Below, in pieces: positions 29,605 through 37,255 of a DNA stretch of 37,255 nt. The notes below the pieces were generated by a model. It made no database searches. It saw only the letters and a list, made by a program, of their open reading frames with translations, and was not told the DNA's origin. The stretch is from positions 1 to 37,255 of the forward strand of contig DAOORA010000042.1 of NCBI GenBank assembly GCA_035389045.1. Direction: 5' to 3'. The stretch comes from Bacteroidales bacterium. GTDB lineage: Bacteria; Bacteroidota; Bacteroidia; Bacteroidales; CAIWKO01. Position 1 is the first letter of the stretch. Each line of letters begins with the position of its first letter. Position numbers and translations under genes: made by a program.

Positions 29605-30860
29605 GTCTTCTGTTTTTTCTTTTTTGCTGCCGGAAATAATACGTTATTGAGTATCAGCCGGTATCCGGGAGAATTAGGATAAAGTTCCAGATTGGTCGGA
29701 GGATCATATACAAAATGCTGGTAATCTTCAGGGTCATGGCCACCGAGAAAAGTCCACATACCTTTGCCGTATTCGCCATGAATATATTTTACCTCACCGG
29801 CAGATTTATTTTCCCCCATGATAAGCACGCTGGGTTTTACCAATTGTTTATTAAAGGCAGTGCTTTGTCCCATGAACGCTTTTATTATTCTTTCGTGATC
29901 CTGGCATAACATGCTCGGAACAGGGTCCCACTTGGCAGAAAACTCAAAAAGTGTAAATAAATCATTCTGGGGTAGAATCTTTCTCGTCAATGACACATCA
30001 ATATCGGAAATCTCATAATTATATGGATTTACGTCAATTCTAAAATTTGTAAAAGCAAAACACTGTGAATAATCTAATTTCTGCTGGGCTTTCGGATCAA
30101 TAGGATCGCCGTCGAACATCACATCGCAAATATCCACACCATCTGCAGCCAGCGCAATATCATAACTGTCGGGTGCAGAACACATCGAAAAAAGATAGCC
30201 TCCCCCGGCAACAAAATCCCTGATCTTTTTGGCCACAGACAGCTTGCACTGAGAAACCTTATCATAACCAAGTTTTTTAGCTGTTTCTTCAGATATTTTT
30301 TTATCCTCTTTATACCAGGGTGCATCTTTAAAACTTGCCCAGAATTTTCCGTACTGCCCGGTAAAATCCTCGTGATGCATGTGCAGCCAGTCGTAGGTTG
30401 GCAGAACACCCTGCAGCACTTCTTCATCATAAACTATTTCATAAGGTATTTCCGCATAAGTAAGAACCAGTGTTACAGCATCATCCCAGGGAAGTTTATT
30501 TTTAGGCGAATAAACGGCTATTTTAGGAACCTTCACCAGCTTTATTTCATCCATATTCACTTCGGGATCCATAATTTCAGATAGAATGGCCGCTGCCTGC
30601 ACATCAGCGATCATTTCGCTGGAAACCCCCCGGATATTACACTCATCATGAAATACTTTCAGGTATTTACACAAAAAACTACCGCCCCGGTAATTAAGCA
30701 ACCAGCTGACTTCAACTTCGTGCTGCAGTATCCAATAGGTCACTCCGTATGCTTTAAGATGGTTCTGTTGGGCATTGTCCATAGGGATCAGAAGATAAGC
30801 ACTGCGGACAGGTTTAATAAACAGAAACGATATCAGCAGCAGGAAAGCAATCTTTTTCAT
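29601..30860 (-). CDS. Conserved exported Bacteroidota protein (often annotated 'asparagine synthetase B'; function unknown)
   Basis: Signal peptide; LLIPMD..QQNHLKAYG, PWDDAVT, DWLHMHHEDFTGQYGKF, GGHDPEDYQH, SPGYRLILNNVLFPAA; next to dnaB; -7 box TAACTTTG on minus strand at 30936-30943. Confidence 0.8.
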   Translation of the reverse strand: MKKIAFLLLISFLFIKPVRSAYLLIPMDNAQQNHLKAYGVTYWILQHEVEVSWLLNYRGGSFLCKYLKVFHDECNIRGVSSEMIADVQAAAILSEIMDPEVNMDEIKLVKVPKIAVYSPKNKLPWDDAVTLVLTYAEIPYEIVYDEEVLQGVLPTYDWLHMHHEDFTGQYGKFWASFKDAPWYKEDKKISEETAKKLGYDKVSQCKLSVAKKIRDFVAGGGYLFSMCSAPDSYDIALAADGVDICDVMFDGDPIDPKAQQKLDYSQCFAFTNFRIDVNPYNYEISDIDVSLTRKILPQNDLFTLFEFSAKWDPVPSMLCQDHERIIKAFMGQSTAFNKQLVKPSVLIMGENKSAGEVKYIHGEYGKGMWTFLGGHDPEDYQHFVYDPPTNLELYPNSPGYRLILNNVLFPAAKKKKQKT

Positions 30861-31073
30861 AGTTCAGAAATGTCGCTGAATATTAATAAACGGTTCAGCC
30901 AAAGAGTTATTATAATGATCTGGTATAATTAAATGCAAAGTTAATAATAATCTGCATAAAAAACATTCTTAGTGCGTCTGCATCAATTACAGCATGACAC
31001 CGGATTCCTTCAATTATCTATGCAAACTGAAATATAAGTATTTGTAAAATAACGGCATACACTACCTGACCGA

Positions 31074-32612
31074 TCAAAACGGCACATCCTCCGGTGGTGT
31101 ATCTGATTTCTTACCAACTTTCTTATTCATCTTCGACTGTACAATTTTAGTCTGAGGTTCGTAAAATTCAGTATTAGGTTGCATCACGGGCTCCTGAACT
31201 TCTTTATATTCCTCATAATCAGAAAATCTTCCTATACTTTTCTGGAATCTGAGTTTTATGTCGCCCGTCTGGCCGTTACGATGTTTGGCAACAATAATTT
31301 CCGCAAGCCCTGCCGTGGGTGTGTTGTCATCAAACTCTTCGATCTTGTAATACTCAGGCCGGTAAATAAACAAAACCAGGTCTGCATCCTGCTCGATAGC
31401 GCCCGATTCACGCAAGTCGGAAAGAATGGGTTTTTTCGACCCGGGGCGTTTTTCCACTTCACGGCTGAGCTGTGACAAGGCAATTACAGGTATGCTGAGT
31501 TCTTTGGCAAGGCCTTTCAATGCCCTGGAAATACCGCTGATCTCCTGCTCCCTCATTCCTTTTGTTTCGGCGCTGCCTGTCATCAGCTGAAGGTAATCAA
31601 TAATTATAAGCTGAATATTATGTTGTGCGACCAGACGTCGCGCCTTGGCCCTTAATTCAAAAACCGGCAATGCAGGTGTATCGTCAATAAATATGTGTGC
31701 ATCTTCAAGTTTTTTAATGCGGCTGTTGAGTTGCTGCCATTCATAATCTTCGAGATTGCCACGGCGCAGCCTGTCGGAAGGAAGTTCCGTTTCCATGGAT
31801 ATCAACCTCAGCACCAGCTGAATTGCTGACATTTCCAACGAAAAAATGGCAACGGGCACACCATAATCTATGGCCGCATTGCGGGCCATGGACAGCACAA
31901 ATGCGGTCTTACCCATGGAAGGCCTTCCGGCAAGAATGATCAGGTCGGATTTCTGCCAGCCCGCCGTAAGACGGTCAAGCATGGTATATCCTGTGGTCAC
32001 TCCAAGTGTGGCATATTCATTGTCTTTGCTCGCTTTTTTTGCATTTTCAATTTCGTTGATGGCTTCTTTCAGGATATCCTGCATATCGCTGTATTTTCTC
32101 CTGAGATTGGTCTCGCTGATATTGAAGAGGTTACGCTCTGCTTTATCAAGCAACTCAAAAACATCAGTGGTGTCCTCAAAAGCTTCGGTTGATATCTCCC
32201 CGGAAATACGTATAAGTTCACGCTGAATATATTTCTGAAGTATGATACGTGAATGAAATTCAATGTTTGCCGAGGAGGCCACCTTTGAAGTAAGTTGGGC
32301 AATGTAGTAAGGGCCGCCGGCAACATCAAGCTTGCCCATGGACTTCAATGCATTCGTAACGGTAAGTATATCTACCGGTTGAGATTGATTAAATAACTTG
32401 TAAATAGCAGAAAAAATATGCTTATGAGCCTCTTTATAAAATACCTCTTCGTTCAATATCTCAATGACATTTGCCAGCGCATCTTTTTCAAGCATCATGG
32501 CCCCTAATACCACTTCCTCAAGTTCGACAGCCTGTGGCGGTATCTTTCCGTATTGAAGTATAGATTGCTCAGTGACAGGAGCTTTAGCCCTTCTTTTCAC
32601 AATTTCTGCCAT
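31074..32612 (-). CDS. dnaB: Replicative DNA helicase
   Basis: PPQAVELEEVVLG, AGRPSMGKT, IDYLQLM, LSQLSR, DLRESGAIEQDAD, AKHRNG; no intein. Confidence 0.97.
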   Translation of the reverse strand: MAEIVKRRAKAPVTEQSILQYGKIPPQAVELEEVVLGAMMLEKDALANVIEILNEEVFYKEAHKHIFSAIYKLFNQSQPVDILTVTNALKSMGKLDVAGGPYYIAQLTSKVASSANIEFHSRIILQKYIQRELIRISGEISTEAFEDTTDVFELLDKAERNLFNISETNLRRKYSDMQDILKEAINEIENAKKASKDNEYATLGVTTGYTMLDRLTAGWQKSDLIILAGRPSMGKTAFVLSMARNAAIDYGVPVAIFSLEMSAIQLVLRLISMETELPSDRLRRGNLEDYEWQQLNSRIKKLEDAHIFIDDTPALPVFELRAKARRLVAQHNIQLIIIDYLQLMTGSAETKGMREQEISGISRALKGLAKELSIPVIALSQLSREVEKRPGSKKPILSDLRESGAIEQDADLVLFIYRPEYYKIEEFDDNTPTAGLAEIIVAKHRNGQTGDIKLRFQKSIGRFSDYEEYKEVQEPVMQPNTEFYEPQTKIVQSKMNKKVGKKSDTPPEDVPF

Positions 32613-32690
32613 AATATTTTTTTAATATCCAAAAATAATTTAATGTTCAAAGCATTGAACAAAACCGTACATAAAAATTTATCAACAAGA

Positions 32691-33398
32691 TCAGATCACC
32701 GTTATCGCCGTATCAGGTATCAAAGGCTTGTTCTGAAACTTTCGGAAAAGCTGCACTATGGTTATCACATCCTTCTGACAATATTTAACGATACGGGGCA
32801 AGTCTTTTTCTTTCCAGTATACCTGAGCCACATCGCTGCCACTGATATCGTCTTTGGGTGTGGGTATATCAAACAATGCACTTAATAATTCCAGAGAGGT
32901 ATAATTCTTATAGTCACCGAATTTCCATAACTCCATCGTATCGAAAAATTTTACTTCCCAGGGTTTTTTCGACTGTGTATCAAGGATTGCCGGGATTTCA
33001 ATACCGTTTACCAGCATCCGCCGGGCGATATACGGAAAATCGAACTCCTTGCCATTATGGGCACACAGGTTACTCTGCTCTTTATTGTAATACTGGTTCA
33101 GCAGCGAAGAAAAGTCCAGTAACAGGTTCTTTTCATCATCGCCGGAAAAAGACTTGACTTTTATCGCTTCACCTTTGACAAAAGCAACAGAGACACATAT
33201 GATCTTTCCGAATTCCGCATAAATACCGGCCCTGTCGTAAATGTCCTCAGGGCTTAACTCTTTGTTTGCAGCCAGAAATTGTGCTTTATGCGTCCATAAT
33301 TTCTGAAAATTATCCGGCATCTTACTGAAATTTTCCCAGCGGGGCACCGTCTCAATATCAAGAAACAGAATGTGTTCAATATTTACATTTTTAAGCAT
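32691..33398 (-). CDS. PolB-type 3'-5' exonuclease (DNA_pol_B_exo2-like)
   Basis: LFLDIETV, AHNGKEFDFP, YCQKDV DEDDy motifs. Confidence 0.88.
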   Translation of the reverse strand: MLKNVNIEHILFLDIETVPRWENFSKMPDNFQKLWTHKAQFLAANKELSPEDIYDRAGIYAEFGKIICVSVAFVKGEAIKVKSFSGDDEKNLLLDFSSLLNQYYNKEQSNLCAHNGKEFDFPYIARRMLVNGIEIPAILDTQSKKPWEVKFFDTMELWKFGDYKNYTSLELLSALFDIPTPKDDISGSDVAQVYWKEKDLPRIVKYCQKDVITIVQLFRKFQNKPLIPDTAITVI

Positions 33399-33751
33399 AG
33401 CTAAAATCTTGGAAAGGTAAAGTTAAAAATAATTTCCAAACTGATTACATTAAATTCAGAAATATAAACTTTTTCTGCTTCACAAGTCTGTCGTAGCTAT
33501 CCGGGACGGCCTCAAAACTGAACTATCCGGTTCAAACGATGTGTTCCCGTCCGGATGCCAGGCAAAAGTTTGATATTGTCCGGTATATATCGTCATATCC
33601 GGACTTATAATTATTAGCAAAGTTTGGCAAGCCTTCAAAAGTGTCATAGAAAATATTTGCCGGTTCTCATAACTGTCCGCTCATTATTTGGCTATTTTAA
33701 CTTGCCCATAACGAAGGCGCACGCGTTGCGAAGGCGAGACAAAGAGTGGGA

Positions 33752-33862
33752 TTTACCACGGAGGCACGGATCCGCAACGGCGGACACGGAGAGGGAATTT
33801 AACCACGGAAACACGGAGGGCACTGAGGAACACGGAGTGTGATTTTTTTACCACGGAGGCAT
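33752..33862 (+). repeat. Tandem CACGGA(G) short-repeat array
   Basis: TTTACCACGGAGGCA at 33752 and 33847; AACCACGGAAACACGGAGGGCACTGAGGAACACGGAG; embedded TCCGC-aacg-GCGGA hairpin. Confidence 0.75.
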
Positions 33863-33904
33863 GCGTTGGGAACTTAACACAACGGGTTTAATTTTTTAAC
33901 ACGG

Positions 33905-36900
33905 CTATTGTTTCACTATCTTTTTAAACCCAAATGTATTATCACTTTCAAGTTTTATCAAATAAACACCGGGAGTAAAGTTAGTTGTTTGTACAACAGT
34001 TTTTTCAATTAAATCACCTTTAAAAATGATCTGACCGAGCGAATTAAATATCTCAAAATTGATAGCTTCTTTATTGTCTTTTGCCTCAATAATTAATTCG
34101 TTAGTTACTGGATTCGGATATATAATTATACTTGAAAATACATTTTCTTCAATATCGGTTGACACTGCGCTAACATAATTTGACCTTACAGTATGATTAG
34201 TTTTTGCACCGCAAGCAGGGGTGTCAAAACCAACAAAATAATTTACATATAGCAGTGATGGGTTAGTGTAATTGTACATGTAAATGTTGCTTGGAACAGT
34301 TCCAATAATTGATGCATTACCGTTTGATTCAACACCATATACATTATATTCTGAAACTGTCATTCCTGTGTATGCACTCCATGAAAATCCATAAGTATTG
34401 CTAAGCTGGTCGTAACTTTTGATTAACGTTATCGTTTTATGACTAGGAGATAAAACACCTTCATAACTACATGTGTCAATAGCCGAAATTTTATAATTAT
34501 AGGATTGACTCACCGGATTGCTTGTTAAATCAACATAACTCCCTTCTGAAAAAAGTACGCTCCCAATTTTTACCCAAACACCAAATGTTTGCTCCCGGTA
34601 TATGTATACACTGTCAGTTGAATTGGACTGAGGTAGTGACCAAAATATTATATTTTTTTGTGTCAAGGTGTCGTATTCTACATAGCAAATGTCAAGCTCA
34701 TCAGGGAAACTCAAGGTAATGTATAAACTTGAAGATACACCATCAATGCAAATATTCGTGCCGATTACAGTAATATTTCCAGAAAATAATCCAAAATCGA
34801 CACTGATGCTATTTGTATCGCTTGTTCCTGTCGCACCAAACGGTAGTGTCCAAACATAGGAGGTTGCGTTAGCAATAAGCGGAACAGAATAAATTACTGA
34901 GTTTTGAGATTGACAGACGCTTGTCGGACCTGATATTAAGCCAGCATTAGCAGGATAAATGTCACAGGTTGAAAATCTTGCAACAAATGCATCATCTAGT
35001 CCCGCGTATGTTTCTTGATGTGCTCCGCTTGTTGCAATCCCAGTTGTAGATTCCGTATTTCCTGTTACAAATACATTTCCGTTTCCATCACAAGAAATTC
35101 CATATCCTCCGTCAATTCCACTTCCACCGTAATATGTTCCCCATTGCCGGACTCCAGCACTATTGAATTTTACAACAAATGCATCATAATTACCACCGCC
35201 TGTAATCTGATGTGCTCCGCTTGTTGCAATCCCAGTTGTAGAGTAAGCAGTACCTGTTACAAATACATTTCCGCCTGCATCACAAGAAATTCCATATCCT
35301 GCGTCAATTCCACTTCCACCGTAATATGTCCCCCATTGACGGACTCCAGCACTATTGAATTTTACAACAAATGCATCATATTGGTCCGCGTATGTTTCTT
35401 GATGAGCTCCACTTGTTGAAATTCCAGTATTTGATGAAGAATGACCTGTTACAAATACATTACCGCCTGCATCACAAGAAATTCCCTGTCCATATTCATG
35501 CCCACTTCCACCGTAATATGTCCCCCATTGACGAACACCATTACTGTTAAATTTTATAATAAAAGCATCGTAGACGCCACCCGCGAATGTTACTTGATGT
35601 GCTCCGCTTGTTGTAATTCCAGTGGTAGAGCTAGTATTACCTGTTACAAATACATTTCCGCCTGCATCACAAGAAATTCCATATCCTGCGTCAGTCTCAC
35701 TTCCACCGCAATAAGTGCCCCATTGACGAACACCATTACTGTTAAATTTTACAACAAATGCATCAGCCTTACCCGCATTTGTTTCTTGATGTGCTCCGCC
35801 TGTTGCAATTCCAGTTGCAGATTTCGCATGACCAGTTACAAATACATTTCCGTTTCCATCACAAGAAATTCCATATCCTCCGTCAATTCCACTTCCACCG
35901 TAATATGTCCCCCATTGACGGACTCCAGCACTATTGAATTTTACAACAAATGCATCATATTCGTAATCGTAGCTACCCGTGTATGTTTCCTGATGTGCTC
36001 CGCTTGTTGCAATTCCAGTATTTGATGAAGTATAACCTGTTACAAATACATTTCCGCCTGCATCACAAGAAATTCCCTGTCCATAGTCATGCCAACTTCC
36101 ACCGTAATATGTCCCCCATTGACGAACACCATTACTGTTATATTTTACAACAAATGCATCATAGTCGCCACCCCCGAATGTTACTTGATGTGCTCCGCTT
36201 GTTGCAATTCCAGTTGTAGAGTAAGTATAACCAGTTACTAATACATTTCCGCCTGTATCACAAGAAATTCCTAGTCCATGGTCAATCCCACTTCCACCGT
36301 AATAAGTTCCCCAATCAAGGGTTGGATTTGGATCAATAATTAACGTTTGTGTCGGAGCGTAAGATGGTATTTCGAAACAATAAATATCTGTATCTAAAGC
36401 CCGGTAAGTAATGTTTAGCTTATCATTTGTCTCTTTGATCCAACTTGCAGGAATGCTTTCTGTAAAACGGCCATGAGCAACATCTATGTTTATTTTATTT
36501 TCTGATAATTGAGTACGGTTTGCTCCAACGTAATGCAATTTTATTTGTTCTGCATCAGCTCCCGGGTGCACAATAAATTCGTATTCAACCGGCCTTTCTT
36601 TTCCCGGTCTTGCAACAAAAACCATATCAATGCCATGGTAAATATCTTTATAAGTTATTTTTCCGTAATTGCGCACATTGGTAGCTCCGCTTTCAGGTGT
36701 TACAGCATTGTAATAATTCAAATAATCGGCTGAAGGTTCTTCGGCTATAATTTCCGGGTTCGTATTGGCTCCAACCAGCTCCACATCAACCCTGTGAAAA
36801 TAATAAGTAATATCTTTTCGCGGTTCATTATTTGGCCGCATTTTATCAAATGAATCGTCAATGATTTTTTCTTTGACTTCGGTTTTATAAGTGTCATAAC

Positions 36901-37123
36901 TAAAACCATTGGCTTTAAGCTGAACCTTCATGCCATTACCTAAGCATAACAAATACTTCACATCAGGATTTGCTTTATAGTTCTGGTCATGAATCTGGCC
37001 TTTATTTTCGATAAAGCCATATTGTGGCTTTTGAGCTGTGTATTTTTCAATGTAATTTTTGTTTTGTGCAGAAACACCCAAGAAAAAAATAAATGAGGCT
37101 AATGCAAGTAAAATTTTTGTCAT
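33905..37123 (-). CDS. T9SS-secreted SBBP-repeat (seven-bladed beta-propeller) protein with PKD-like and CTD domains
   Basis: Signal peptide; FIENKGQ N-domain ending LIIDP; 7 x WGTYYGG...DAFVVKF repeats; ISGPTSVC...WT PKD-like domain; IYPNP...PGVY CTD. Confidence 0.88.
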   Translation of the reverse strand: MTKILLALASFIFFLGVSAQNKNYIEKYTAQKPQYGFIENKGQIHDQNYKANPDVKYLLCLGNGMKVQLKANGFSYDTYKTEVKEKIIDDSFDKMRPNNEPRKDITYYFHRVDVELVGANTNPEIIAEEPSADYLNYYNAVTPESGATNVRNYGKITYKDIYHGIDMVFVARPGKERPVEYEFIVHPGADAEQIKLHYVGANRTQLSENKINIDVAHGRFTESIPASWIKETNDKLNITYRALDTDIYCFEIPSYAPTQTLIIDPNPTLDWGTYYGGSGIDHGLGISCDTGGNVLVTGYTYSTTGIATSGAHQVTFGGGDYDAFVVKYNSNGVRQWGTYYGGSWHDYGQGISCDAGGNVFVTGYTSSNTGIATSGAHQETYTGSYDYEYDAFVVKFNSAGVRQWGTYYGGSGIDGGYGISCDGNGNVFVTGHAKSATGIATGGAHQETNAGKADAFVVKFNSNGVRQWGTYCGGSETDAGYGISCDAGGNVFVTGNTSSTTGITTSGAHQVTFAGGVYDAFIIKFNSNGVRQWGTYYGGSGHEYGQGISCDAGGNVFVTGHSSSNTGISTSGAHQETYADQYDAFVVKFNSAGVRQWGTYYGGSGIDAGYGISCDAGGNVFVTGTAYSTTGIATSGAHQITGGGNYDAFVVKFNSAGVRQWGTYYGGSGIDGGYGISCDGNGNVFVTGNTESTTGIATSGAHQETYAGLDDAFVARFSTCDIYPANAGLISGPTSVCQSQNSVIYSVPLIANATSYVWTLPFGATGTSDTNSISVDFGLFSGNITVIGTNICIDGVSSSLYITLSFPDELDICYVEYDTLTQKNIIFWSLPQSNSTDSVYIYREQTFGVWVKIGSVLFSEGSYVDLTSNPVSQSYNYKISAIDTCSYEGVLSPSHKTITLIKSYDQLSNTYGFSWSAYTGMTVSEYNVYGVESNGNASIIGTVPSNIYMYNYTNPSLLYVNYFVGFDTPACGAKTNHTVRSNYVSAVSTDIEENVFSSIIIYPNPVTNELIIEAKDNKEAINFEIFNSLGQIIFKGDLIEKTVVQTTNFTPGVYLIKLESDNTFGFKKIVKQ
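34968..36313 (-). repeat. Seven near-identical ~190-205 bp coding tandem repeats
   Basis: Recurrent CACAAGAAATTCC, TGTGCTCCGC, CTTCCACCG; 35064-35137 is identical to 35835-35908. Confidence 0.92.
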
Positions 37124-37255
37124 TTTAATTTAAAGGCTAATATATTTTTTTATCATTATTTACAATGAACACTAACAACCGTGCTTACTGTACAGCCACT
37201 TCCGATAGTACTGATAGATATGTAATATTTTGACACCACTAAAAATATAGTGCTT

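Noticed and set aside
31074..32612. Intein in DnaB
   Set aside because: 512 aa with contiguous helicase motifs; no insertion
33624..33842. 72-aa ORF ending NHGNTEGTEEHGV
   Set aside because: TTG start, translation of the CACGGAG repeats, and no GxxExxY or other domain follows
35015..36219. Cys/Ser-rich + strand ORFs (35015-35419, 35441-36025, 35950-36219)
   Set aside because: Antisense shadows of the SBBP repeats
34968..36313. SBBP repeats as a DGR template/variable pair
   Set aside because: All copies are in-frame coding; differences include indels and are not visibly adenine-restricted; no RT nearby

Overview
A 37-kb chromosomal segment from a Bacteroidota bacterium, probably an environmental Bacteroidales. 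The assignment rests on T9SS C-terminal sorting domains, TAnnTTTG promoter boxes, DUF3822-rsmD and lptD/amidase/mlaD synteny, and the dnaB neighbourhood. Core genes (rsmD, lptD-like, amidase, mlaD-like, purB, ptb, buk, thyA, folA, dnaB, a 3'-5' exonuclease) are interleaved with accessory genes: three B12-binding radical SAM enzymes, an AAA_14/DUF4143 ATPase, T9SS cargo (endonuclease I, peptidylarginine/agmatine deiminase, SBBP beta-propeller), a secreted M64 peptidase and several lipoproteins. The most notable signals are: (1) a Fib_succ_major lipoprotein whose 3' end looks like a diversity-generating-retroelement variable region, with no RT or template in the window; (2) a two-lipoprotein operon with a thioester-domain-like YCLN...QxxIW motif and a nested Cys/His mini-domain; (3) a 495-bp non-autonomous IS-derived element with TIRs, a TSD, a duplicated left end and a nested palindrome; (4) a 159-bp fold-back MITE with TTA flanks; (5) a 6S-Flavo-like ncRNA candidate; (6) a nucleotide-homogenised 7-repeat propeller with variable loops. 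All family calls come from motif recognition by eye; no searches were run.
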